From Spirochaetaceae bacterium (lineage in GTDB: Bacteria > Spirochaetota > Spirochaetia > DSM-27196 > SKKC01): a stretch of DNA of 27,192 bases. Positions 1 to 7,612 of this stretch are shown one piece after another (the stretch's first letter is position 1; each line of letters opens with the position of its first letter). A program made the position numbers and the translations under genes. A model generated the notes under the pieces. It saw only the letters and a list, made by a program, of their open reading frames with translations, ran no database searches and was not told the DNA's origin. The stretch lies in contig RECN01000017.1 of NCBI GenBank assembly GCA_007694005.1, positions 1 to 27,192 on the forward strand. Reading direction: 5' to 3'.

Positions 1-1151
1 TCCCCGGATCCACCGTGGGCGAAAATGCCTGCGGCGAGCAGGTCGAGTCCGCCGAGCACTGCCCAGTTGACCCCAAGAATACTGTTGCTCGAGCCCTCGA
101 CCGGCGACACGAGCGATCGGGCGAGAATGCTCACGGTGCGGCCGGGACTCAGGATAGCCTCCGGGTACAGCAGCACCCACTCGGTCTCGTCCGGGCGAAA
201 GAGCGCTTCGAGGCGCAGATCGAGCGAGGCGTCCCGCCCGAGTCGGAAACGATGGTAGGCCCCCGCGGAGTACTGGTGTTCGGCATCCGGCAGACTCAGC
301 CGGGCAGCGCCGTACACGTCTATGCCGATAAGACCGCTCGCGCTGAAGACAAGCTCGTGAGCATCCGGCGTGTAGAGATACCCCGGCTCGAAGGTGAAGC
401 GGCCGAGTTCGAAGTTCACCCGCGCACCGGCACGTGTCTGTGAGACTGCCGGCAGCGCGAGTTCCCCGGACACCGGATCGACTGCCGGCAGCGGCGGGAG
501 CACGATCGGCTCGACGTACGCAAAGCCGCCGAGCGGCAGATAGAGCGCGGTCAGCAGTGCGGTTTCGTCTCTGACATCGCCACTGACCGCGAGAAAGTCT
601 GCTCCGTCCCCGGCTTTGGCGCCAAAAATGACATCGGCGGCGTTAAATGCCCGCCCGGCACCCCATGCGACGCGGTCTATGCCGCTGGTGAGGCGTATCG
701 TGTAGTCTTCGGTGACCGGGAGCCGAAAGCGTACGGATACACGGGGGACGGAGGTCACGATGGTCGGGGCGCCTGCAGCCGCGCCCAGGGCACCCGGGCC
801 CGGCTCTTCAGCACCCAGCGCCCCCGATCCGGCGAGGTCCACGAAAACCGGCCGCAACTGCAGCGTTAGCCGGCCCTGTACCGCGCGGTCGCGGGTCGAC
901 TGAATGTCGACTTCACCCAACACGTTCCCGAACAGGTAGGGTTCATCATCACCCTGATTCCAGAGGAACAGACTCTGCGACTGAACGCGCGACTGCACCC
1001 TGGCGTCCTGCGCTACCGCAGGTACACGCGCCGCGAACACGCCCAACACGAGCACACAGGCGAGCACTACAAAGCAACGCCGTACTCGCGTGACCGGCGC
1101 AGCGGTCTCTCGCACCGAGGCAGTCTTTCCCACCGCGGCGGGTACGTCCAC
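1..1151 (-). CDS. Putative secreted/outer-membrane beta-rich protein, 5' part only (gene runs off the left edge of the window)
   Basis: Manual translation of the minus strand from ~1151 down to position 1 gives an uninterrupted >380-codon frame. It is absent from the ORF track because it has no in-window stop. N-terminus ...VRETAAPVTRVRRCFVVLACVLVLGVFAARVPAVA/QD looks like a signal peptide with an AxA cleavage site. The rest is rich in alternating hydrophobic/polar beta-strand-like segments (VSVRFRL, YTIRLTSG, FTFEPGYLYT, HRFRLGRDASLDLRLEALF). No ATG is present; candidate GTG starts are at 1151, 1133 and 1115. I favour 1115, which has GGGAAAG about 9 nt upstream. It lies 14 nt downstream of the LolA-like gene in the same operon. 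Confidence 0.55.
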   Translation of the reverse strand, partial: MDVPAAVGKTASVRETAAPVTRVRRCFVVLACVLVLGVFAARVPAVAQDARVQSRVQSQSLFLWNQGDDEPYLFGNVLGEVDIQSTRDRAVQGRLTLQLRPVFVDLAGSGALGAEEPGPGALGAAAGAPTIVTSVPRVSVRFRLPVTEDYTIRLTSGIDRVAWGAGRAFNAADVIFGAKAGDGADFLAVSGDVRDETALLTALYLPLGGFAYVEPIVLPPLPAVDPVSGELALPAVSQTRAGARVNFELGRFTFEPGYLYTPDAHELVFSASGLIGIDVYGAARLSLPDAEHQYSAGAYHRFRLGRDASLDLRLEALFRPDETEWVLLYPEAILSPGRTVSILARSLVSPVEGSSNSILGVNWAVLGGLDLLAAGIFAHGGSG

Positions 1152-1165
1152 CCGACGGCCGTGCG

Positions 1166-1906
1166 CTACCATGACAGCTCCTCCAGAGAAAAGGTTGACG
1201 CAGGGATGCTGATCCCCGTGTCGATGCGGTCGAAGACCATCTCGGTGCCGCTTGATCTGCGGGTCACGTCGGTAATGCGCATGTGTGCGGGGAAGCGATA
1301 TCCGTCCTGTTCGCGTATCTCAAGCATTTCCGTTTCCTTGAGCTTACGCCCGTTTCGGGCAAACTGGTGGCTCTCGATCAGCACGTAGTCGTCGACATCG
1401 ACGAAATAGATCTGCTGTGGATAGGGCACGTTGGTCGTGCGGGCGTCAAGCCTGACCTCCCAGACGTCCCGACCACGCACGGTGCTGCGGCCGATCCGCT
1501 CCGCGGTATAGTCGTCCAGAATCCCGCGACCTCCGGTCATGTCCTCGTAGCTCAGGTCTGATCCGAACAGTGAGTCGCGGAGCGCGGCACCCTGTATGCG
1601 GATTACCTCACGGGCATCCGGATAATACAGATACAGATTGTCTTCGCGTCGCAGTATGCGCTGTCCCTGTTCGTCGCGGGAGGTGAACTCGATCAGAAAG
1701 CGCTCTTCGCCCTCGGCGTACATCTCGAAGGTGACCGTCCTCTCTCCGAAACGGTCGGCGATGATCATGCGGCCTTCCATGTAGGCCGAAGAGAAGGTCT
1801 GGTTGTCTTCCATGCGCCGGATTATCTCGTCGCCCGAAGGGTCCTGAGCAAAGGCCGCCGCAGCGACGGCCAGCATAAGTGCTGTAAGCATGTATGTAGG
1901 TTTCAT
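1166..1906 (-). CDS. LolA-like outer-membrane lipoprotein-sorting protein (periplasmic, signal peptide)
   Basis: 246-aa ORF with N-terminal signal peptide MKPTYMLTALMLAVAAAAFA/QD. Size and position immediately downstream of an FtsX/ABC (LolCDE-like) triplet match the family of 'outer membrane lipoprotein-sorting protein' (LolA-fold) genes. It is 20 nt downstream of the second permease. Confidence 0.6.
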   Translation of the reverse strand: MKPTYMLTALMLAVAAAAFAQDPSGDEIIRRMEDNQTFSSAYMEGRMIIADRFGERTVTFEMYAEGEERFLIEFTSRDEQGQRILRREDNLYLYYPDAREVIRIQGAALRDSLFGSDLSYEDMTGGRGILDDYTAERIGRSTVRGRDVWEVRLDARTTNVPYPQQIYFVDVDDYVLIESHQFARNGRKLKETEMLEIREQDGYRFPAHMRITDVTRRSSGTEMVFDRIDTGISIPASTFSLEELSW

Positions 1907-1926
1907 AGTTTCTCCTCCACCTGCGC

Positions 1927-3153
1927 CTATCCGCGCAGGGCGTCAACCGGGCTCAGCTTCGCCGCCCGGCGCGACGGCAGAAACGAAGCCGCCGTCGCGA
2001 TAACCGATGAATATGCGAATACAAATACAAGTGTCCCGGCGTTCACCGCTGGATACAGGACGTTGGAAATGTCCATGTCAATCAGTTCCATGCTGGTTCC
2101 GAAATCGATGCCAACCCGCCCGAGCACAAGGGCAATGGCAGCGCCGATCAGCACCCCGAGTGCAGACCCCGCGAGACCGAGAACCGCGCCTTCGGTAAAG
2201 AAGAGCCGCACAAGATCCCGCCCCTTCATGCCGAGCGCCGACAGGGTTCCGATCTCGCGCGTACGCTCGTGTACGGTCATCATGGTCGTATTGATAATGA
2301 CCGTACTGCCGAGAACAAAGAACACGAGGGCAAACATTGAGTAGATCGGACCTGCCATCTGCAGGTAGGCGTATCCTCCCGATGCCACCGTCCACGGTGT
2401 CGCGTTGAGCTCATCCCGGCCGAGCGTCGCAAAACGTTCTTCTATCGCCGCTTGAAGCCCCTCGGTATCGCGTCCGCCACCCTTTACGAGCAGCTCGGTT
2501 ACCCCGCCCTGCGAGCGCACAAAGTGCTGTGCCCGGTCTAAGGGCAGAATATAGGCAGATGATGAAAGCGCCCCGAGCGGAAAGTCGGCGAGCCCGACGA
2601 CGTCGAGGGTAAACGCGTTGCTCGCCCTCGCGCGCGTCTGCGTGAGCACGGTGAAGCTGTCGCCAATCTCTATGCCGAGCTCGCGGGCAAGCCGGAACCC
2701 GACTATAGCCTCGTTCCGTCCCGCCTCCGGGAGCCGTCCAGACGCGACGAGGCTACTCAGATCCTGGAAATCACGCTCGCGCTCGAGATCGAATCCCATA
2801 CCGAAGCTCGCGATCTCGCGGCTGTTCTGTATCGTAACTCCGGCGATGCTGACTCTCGGACTCACCGCCTCGACCTCGTCCATATCCAGAAGCGCAGTAA
2901 CGAGCGACTCATGGTCGTCGACCATGTACTGAACCGGATTCAGGTACTCATACTCGTCATACATGCCGTGGCGTATGCGCACTTCTCCGCTGTCGAAGTT
3001 CCAGGAGTTGTGGCGCACATCGTCCTGTATGCCGGCGAGGACCGAAAAGAGCAATGTAATGGACATGGCGGCAACTGCGACCGCCGTAAGCGACAGCACG
3101 CTGCGACGTCCATTTCGAAAGACGTTTCTCAGGGCAATTCTGTGCAGTTTCAT
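1927..3153 (-). CDS. ABC transporter permease, FtsX/MacB family (LolC/E-like)
   Basis: 408 aa. N-terminus MKLHRIALRNVFRNGRRSVLSLTAVAVAAMSITL is the classic FtsX TM1. It has a large periplasmic domain and C-terminal TM2-4 (LGSTVIINTTMMTVHERTREIGTLSALGMKGRDLVRLF). It is the second of two tandem paralogs, as in lolC/lolE. Confidence 0.8.
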   Translation of the reverse strand: MKLHRIALRNVFRNGRRSVLSLTAVAVAAMSITLLFSVLAGIQDDVRHNSWNFDSGEVRIRHGMYDEYEYLNPVQYMVDDHESLVTALLDMDEVEAVSPRVSIAGVTIQNSREIASFGMGFDLERERDFQDLSSLVASGRLPEAGRNEAIVGFRLARELGIEIGDSFTVLTQTRARASNAFTLDVVGLADFPLGALSSSAYILPLDRAQHFVRSQGGVTELLVKGGGRDTEGLQAAIEERFATLGRDELNATPWTVASGGYAYLQMAGPIYSMFALVFFVLGSTVIINTTMMTVHERTREIGTLSALGMKGRDLVRLFFTEGAVLGLAGSALGVLIGAAIALVLGRVGIDFGTSMELIDMDISNVLYPAVNAGTLVFVFAYSSVIATAASFLPSRRAAKLSPVDALRG

Positions 3154-3163
3154 GTGTTGGCTC

Positions 3164-4426
3164 CTAATGGTCGTCCCGCAACGTCGCGGTCACGGTCTTC
3201 TTCAGAATGCGCCGCACGGGAACCATGGACGCGAGTCCTGCAACAAGCGAGGCCCCGACTGCCGCGTAGCCCATGGTCGGCACATTCCAGACACCAACGA
3301 GCACCCCGTCCCAGCGAAAGTCCATGTCGACTCCGTCCAGGAGAAAGCCGTAGTCGAGTCCGATGTTCACGAGGAGCCAGACAAGCACCGATCCGAGGGC
3401 AATACCCACGACCGAACCGGCGAGCCCGATGGCACCGGCCTCGTAGAAGAACATACGGCGGATCTCGGAGTTCCTGACGCCGACCGCGCGCATCATGCCG
3501 ATTTCCCGTTCGCGTTCGAGTACGGCCATGAGCATGGTATTGGATATGCCGACCACCGCGATAATGCCGAGCAGAAACAGAATGATCTGCAGGGCGTTAT
3601 CTTCGATCTCCATGATCTCAGCCATTTCCTGATTCATGACTTCGAAGCTTAGAACCTCCACTCCGTCGACGTCCGCGAGAAGCCGCTCGACCCGCCGGTA
3701 GTCGGCGTCGGCAGGCAGATTCCCCGGCAGCACCGTGTGCACGTGCGTCACCGCACCCTGCATTTCGAGCACCGTGTCGACGAGCCCGATTGGCATGTAC
3801 ATGGCGCGCCGGTTAATGACGGGATTCGGTGTCTGGAAGATTCCGGTTATTTCCAGATCCATTAGCTGATGAAAGCCGTCGCGCGTCCGGGTCGTCACGG
3901 TCACAGGGAATCCGACCTCCGCCCCGAGGCGGTCTGCGAGTGACCGCCCGATGAGCAGCCCGTCTTCGCCAGCATCGGGAGCGCGGCCCTGCTCAATAGA
4001 TCCGAGCAGCCCGAACACGTCGGCGTCCCGGTCCATATCGATGCCGTAAAACATCGCCTGGAGTGAGCCGTCCTCAGGAAAGGGGTCGTACCGCACCACG
4101 AGCTCGCCGCTGAAGGCGGTCCGCGGCGTTGCAGAGAGTCCGTCGGCTCGAAGCGTGTCGATCACCGCTTGCGGATCGGCGACGAGTCTGTCCAGCGGGA
4201 AACGCTGGCGCTCTTCCCAGTACCCGGGAGCGGTCACCGCGACATCTCCGGTCTCGTATCCCGCGTAGAGCCGGTCACTTTCACCCGCGAACCCGGCTAT
4301 CGCGGAGTCCATCGCAATGTAAATGCCGACACCGGCTGCGATCGCGAGCGCGGTAATGACGGTACGCCTACCGTAGCGGGTCAGGTTCTTGACCGCCAGT
4401 CGCAGCAGAAATCCTCGCGATCTCAT
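3164..4426 (-). CDS. ABC transporter permease, FtsX/MacB family (LolC/E-like)
   Basis: 420 aa. N-terminus MRSRGFLLRLAVKNLTRYGRRTVITALAIAAGVGIYI; C-terminal region has ISNTMLMAVLEREREIGMMRAVGVRNSEIRRMF (FtsX signature). Its start overlaps the upstream ATPase stop (TAATG). Confidence 0.8.
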   Translation of the reverse strand: MRSRGFLLRLAVKNLTRYGRRTVITALAIAAGVGIYIAMDSAIAGFAGESDRLYAGYETGDVAVTAPGYWEERQRFPLDRLVADPQAVIDTLRADGLSATPRTAFSGELVVRYDPFPEDGSLQAMFYGIDMDRDADVFGLLGSIEQGRAPDAGEDGLLIGRSLADRLGAEVGFPVTVTTRTRDGFHQLMDLEITGIFQTPNPVINRRAMYMPIGLVDTVLEMQGAVTHVHTVLPGNLPADADYRRVERLLADVDGVEVLSFEVMNQEMAEIMEIEDNALQIILFLLGIIAVVGISNTMLMAVLEREREIGMMRAVGVRNSEIRRMFFYEAGAIGLAGSVVGIALGSVLVWLLVNIGLDYGFLLDGVDMDFRWDGVLVGVWNVPTMGYAAVGASLVAGLASMVPVRRILKKTVTATLRDDH

Positions 4427-5109
4427 TACGCGCTCCTGCGTTCGTCGTGGGTGATCTCCCCGTCGTGCAGGCGGCAGAGCCGGTCGGCGTAGTCCATGAC
4501 CATCTGGTCGTGGGTAGAAAACACGAAGGTCGTCCCCCGGCTGCGGTTCATGTCCTTCATGAGTTTCAGAAGCTGTTCGCCGGTTTCGGAGTCGAGGTTG
4601 GCCGTCGGCTCGTCGGCGAGCACGATTGCCGGGTCCTTTATGAGCGCCCGGGCAACCGCGACGCGCTGCTGCTGGCCGCCGGACAGACGGGAGGGACGAC
4701 GATGCTCCATACCCTCAAGCCCGACATCGCGAAGCAGCGACATGACCCGTTCGCGAATTTCGGCGTCCGGCGTGCCGAGCAGCGACAGCGCCATCGCGAC
4801 ATTCTCGTAGGCAGTGAGCACGGGAATCAGATTGAAGCTCTGAAACACGAAACCGATGTTCTGCCTGCGCAGTTCAACAAGCGCTGCCACTTTCTGTCCG
4901 GCGACTTTCGTACCGTTTATGGAGATTTCGCCTTCGTCGGCACTGTCGAGGCAGCCTATGAGATTCAGCAGCGTGCTCTTTCCCGACCCGGAAGGTCCCG
5001 CGATGGAAATGAACTCGCCGGCGTCTATGGTCAGGTCTACGCCGCGTAAGGCGTGGACCTCGGTTTCTCCGTCGACGTAGTGTTTGTGGACTCCCTGGGC
5101 AGTAATCAT
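4426..5109 (-). CDS. ABC transporter ATP-binding protein (LolD/MacB-type)
   Basis: 227 aa. Walker A GPSGSGKSTLLNLIG, ABC signature LSGGQQQRVAVARAL, Walker B IVLADEPTANLD. Its start ATG overlaps the SPFH gene stop (ATGA). Confidence 0.9.
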   Translation of the reverse strand: MITAQGVHKHYVDGETEVHALRGVDLTIDAGEFISIAGPSGSGKSTLLNLIGCLDSADEGEISINGTKVAGQKVAALVELRRQNIGFVFQSFNLIPVLTAYENVAMALSLLGTPDAEIRERVMSLLRDVGLEGMEHRRPSRLSGGQQQRVAVARALIKDPAIVLADEPTANLDSETGEQLLKLMKDMNRSRGTTFVFSTHDQMVMDYADRLCRLHDGEITHDERRSA

Positions 5110-6233
5110 GAGTGTTCCTCTGGTGTCGTTGACCTGGTGTCGGCGGTGGGTGTCCCGTCGACATCATTCGCGCGTTTCGCGGCAAGCCCGAGCGCGCCGC
5201 CTATGGATTCGACCGCGTGCGTGGGTACGAGGATCATGTTCTTGTTCTGTTTCATGCCATCAAACACAAGATTCATGGCCCTCAATTCGAAGGCCTTCGG
5301 ATTCTTCTCGTAGGTTGCCCCAGCCTTTGCGAAGCGTTCAGCGATTTCCTCTTCCGCCGAGCTCAGGATAACCCTGGCCTGCCGCTCGCGTTCGGCCTGC
5401 GCCCGTCGGCTGAGCGCGTCTTCGAGCTCCTTGGGCAGAAGAATCTCGGTGAACTCTATCGAAAGTATCGTGATACCCCAGGGACTCGTCTTTCGGTCGA
5501 GGGTTTCCTGAATCTGTGCGCCGAGCGTTTCACGGTCGCTTAAAAGCGTCGCCAGCTCATTGCGACCTATGGTGTCTCTGAGCACCGTCTGAGCGGATAG
5601 CGTCACCGCGGCGAAGTAGTCTTCGACTTCCAGGAGCGCCTTCTCGGCATCCCAGACCATCCAGAAGGCGAGTGCGTCGACGTGCACCGGGACGGTGTCG
5701 CTCGTAACCGAGCGCTCCGCGGAGAAGTCTGTCACGCGAATGCGCATGTCAACGTGTCCTATGACCGAATCGAGAACCGGCAAAATGACGTGCGGACCCG
5801 GTTCCAGAACGCGTTTGAATTTCCCGAGGCGAAACACCACCGCGCGATCCCACTGCTGTACGATCTGTATGGCTGGAGCGACGAGCAAGCCCGCGGCTCC
5901 GACCAGAAGTGCGGGAAGCATGTTTTCCGGTACCAGATACCCCGTGACTGCCCAGAAGGTGACCGTCATAAGGAGGACAACCGACCACAGCGGTACGATC
6001 GCGATAATAATACCGTTAGCCGCAAGCACTCCGATAATAATGGCGATCGCCTCGGGGCTCGGTGGTAGGCCAATCGCGAGCTGCAGGGTAACTGCCAGTA
6101 CGGCGAACAGCACCAGAACCAGCGCCGAAAGCGTGGTCATGCTGAAGTTGCCGGTAAATCTGAACCGTCTCATGCGATGTGAAAGCGCCTTGATGCGCGC
6201 ACCGCTGCTCTGAGTGTCCGTGTGCTGTTTCAT
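5106..6233 (-). CDS. SPFH / band-7 (stomatin-prohibitin-flotillin-HflK/C) domain membrane protein with extended multi-TM N-terminus
   Basis: True start is most likely the ATG at 6233-6231 (MKQHTDTQ...), which overlaps the GntR stop as ATGA. The 49-codon upstream extension in the ORF track runs through the gntR coding region. Several N-terminal TM helices (LSALVLVLFAVLAV..., IAIIIGVLAANGIIIAIVPLWSVVLLMTVTFWAV) are followed by a typical SPFH core: QQWDRAVVFRLGKFKRVLEPGPHVILPVLDSV...VDMRIRVTDF...AFWMVWDAEKA. Confidence 0.8.
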   Translation of the reverse strand: MKQHTDTQSSGARIKALSHRMRRFRFTGNFSMTTLSALVLVLFAVLAVTLQLAIGLPPSPEAIAIIIGVLAANGIIIAIVPLWSVVLLMTVTFWAVTGYLVPENMLPALLVGAAGLLVAPAIQIVQQWDRAVVFRLGKFKRVLEPGPHVILPVLDSVIGHVDMRIRVTDFSAERSVTSDTVPVHVDALAFWMVWDAEKALLEVEDYFAAVTLSAQTVLRDTIGRNELATLLSDRETLGAQIQETLDRKTSPWGITILSIEFTEILLPKELEDALSRRAQAERERQARVILSSAEEEIAERFAKAGATYEKNPKAFELRAMNLVFDGMKQNKNMILVPTHAVESIGGALGLAAKRANDVDGTPTADTRSTTPEEHS

Positions 6234-6640
6234 TTCGCGCCGTCCTTTGCGGGCTTCTCGTCCAGATACGCCCGCACGTCGTCCAGGGTGAATCCGTATG
6301 ACCCGACGTGACTCATGAACTCGTGTACGAGCTGGGAGAGGAGTAGCTCCCGGTCCACATCGGATGGCTCCGGTGACCACTCACCTATGAAGGTACCGGT
6401 GCCGTGTTGCGTGCTGACCAGACCCCGGATCTCAAGCTCGCTATACGCCTTCGCGACGGTATTCGGGTTTATCTGCAGATCCACCGCCAGTCCCCGGACA
6501 GTCGGCAACTTGTAACCGGTGGTAACCCGGCCGTCGGCTATGGCCATTTCCACCTGCAGAATGATCTGCCGGTAAAACGGTATGGAACTCCCCGGATCGA
6601 GTCTGATCTGGAGCTGCTGTCCGTCACGTTGCGTCGCCAT
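6230..6640 (-). CDS. GntR-family transcriptional regulator, YtrA-like short subfamily
   Basis: Winged HTH IPFYRQIILQVEMAIADGRVTTGYKLPTVRGLAVDLQINPNTVAKAYSELEIRGLVSTQHGTGTFI is followed by a short (~60 aa) C-terminal tail, as in the YtrA subfamily. The preferred start is ATG 6640-6638 (MATQRDG...) with AGGAG 4 nt upstream. The ORF-track start at 6685 would read through the operator palindrome. Confidence 0.8.
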   Translation of the reverse strand: MATQRDGQQLQIRLDPGSSIPFYRQIILQVEMAIADGRVTTGYKLPTVRGLAVDLQINPNTVAKAYSELEIRGLVSTQHGTGTFIGEWSPEPSDVDRELLLSQLVHEFMSHVGSYGFTLDDVRAYLDEKPAKDGAK

Positions 6641-6650
6641 GATTCTCCTG

Positions 6651-6670
6651 TGTACTATTGTTATAGTACA
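6651..6670. promoter_or_regulatory. Perfect inverted repeat TGTACTAT-TGTT-ATAGTACA (8-4-8), candidate operator of the YtrA-like regulator; a third TGTACA half-site lies at 6679-6684
   Basis: Read directly from the sequence. It lies 11-30 nt upstream of the gntR ATG, between the predicted -10 and the RBS. GntR-family operators are typically short palindromes, and YtrA-family regulators commonly autoregulate operons that encode ABC transporters. Confidence 0.45.
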
Positions 6671-6676
6671 ATGTCG

Positions 6677-6705
6677 AGTGTACAAGCGCTAACACGGTAC
6701 GTCAA
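6677..6705 (-). promoter_or_regulatory. Candidate sigma70-type promoter for the gntR-SPFH-ABC operon (-35 TTGACG, 17-nt spacer, -10 TACACT, read on the minus strand)
   Basis: On the plus strand, cgtcaa sits at 6700-6705 and agtgta at 6677-6682. The -10 overlaps the TGTACA half-site, and the TSS would fall just upstream of or inside the palindrome. Confidence 0.3.
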
Positions 6706-6787
6706 GAACAGAAATATTTCCTTTAGGCTCTATTTTTTTCAGGCGTGGAAACCGGTGATATTCGACGGGTGACAGATTAAGGGCGGC

Positions 6788-7555
6788 TCAGCCGTCGCTA
6801 TCGGGCGCGAAAACGGTTACGCCGGCGTCGGTAAGACGCGACCGATCCTCACGGGAAATGCGGTCGGTAACGACGTATGAGATCTGGTCCCATGCGCATA
6901 TGTGGGCAAGATTCGTCCGGCCGAACTTGGATGAATCGACCAGGAGGCAGACGGAGTTGGCGGCGGCAATGATGCTACGTTTTGTCTCGGCTTCGAGCAG
7001 GTTCGGGCCGCTCGGGCCGTGTTCTACGGAGACGGCTGCGGCTCCCACGAAGGCGATATCGGCACGTATGTGCTCGTAGAGGTTCCTTGAGAACTCACCG
7101 ACCAGGGACATGCTTGGCTTCCGGAGGATTCCACCTGAAACGATGATATCCACCTCCGACTCGGCAGCAAGTTCGAGGATGACCGGAACCGAATTCGTGA
7201 TCACCGTCAGCTGCATGTCATGCAGTTCGCGGGCGAACACCGCGTTTGTGCTGCCGCCGTCGATAATGACCGTCTGACCGGATTCTACGAGCTGTCTCGC
7301 CTGCTTCGCCACCGCTTCTTTCTCGGCGAGCTTCTCCTTGATCGTGTTTGCGACGTTACGGGGAAGCTCGTCTCCTTCGGGAGCGAGTATCACCCCACGA
7401 GAACGGACAGCCAGTCCCCGTCGTTCCAGATCGGCGACGTCCGACCGTATTGTGACGGTCGTAACCTCGAGCTCTTCAGCGAGCTGGTCAACGCGAAGCG
7501 ACCCTGACTCGCGAAGCTTCTGGGTAATGTATCGTCTCCGTTCAATATTTGTCAC
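6788..7555 (-). CDS. DeoR-family transcriptional regulator
   Basis: 255 aa. N-terminal HTH RRRYITQKLRESGSLRVDQLAEELEVTTVTIRSDVADLERRGL plus C-terminal DeoR/GlpR sugar-phosphate-binding-type domain (VIIDGGSTNAVFARELHD...). Confidence 0.85.
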   Translation of the reverse strand: MTNIERRRYITQKLRESGSLRVDQLAEELEVTTVTIRSDVADLERRGLAVRSRGVILAPEGDELPRNVANTIKEKLAEKEAVAKQARQLVESGQTVIIDGGSTNAVFARELHDMQLTVITNSVPVILELAAESEVDIIVSGGILRKPSMSLVGEFSRNLYEHIRADIAFVGAAAVSVEHGPSGPNLLEAETKRSIIAAANSVCLLVDSSKFGRTNLAHICAWDQISYVVTDRISREDRSRLTDAGVTVFAPDSDG

Positions 7556-7612
7556 AGACTTACTCTACCTGTGCGGGAAGCTTCCCACAAGTGATCTCGT
7601 AAACGCCGCCGG

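Noticed and set aside
15-443. 142-aa plus-strand ORF (and the similar antisense ORFs 2911..3652, 4447..5049, 5695..6213, 13052..13810, 18262..19068, 20927..21619, 22454..23110)
   Set aside because: All lie antisense within well-supported genes, have Arg/Pro/Ser-rich low-complexity translations typical of GC-rich shadow frames, and show no recognisable motifs. Treated as spurious.
6234-6380. 49-codon N-terminal extension of the SPFH ORF (track start at 6380)
   Set aside because: The extension reads through the gntR coding region in another frame. An ATG at 6233 overlaps the gntR stop (ATGA) and begins a plausible cytoplasmic N-terminus followed by TM helices.
6641-6685. 15-codon N-terminal extension of the GntR ORF (MYTRHCTITIVHRRI)
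   Set aside because: It would be encoded by the operator palindrome and promoter. The ATG at 6640 has an AGGAG RBS and starts right before the HTH.
6711-6741. GAAATATTTC palindrome plus T7 run as a terminator
   Set aside because: The T-run is on the plus strand but there is no upstream plus-strand gene. On the minus strand (downstream of DeoR) it would be an A-run, i.e. wrong polarity. More likely it is just the AT-rich promoter-upstream region of the gntR operon.
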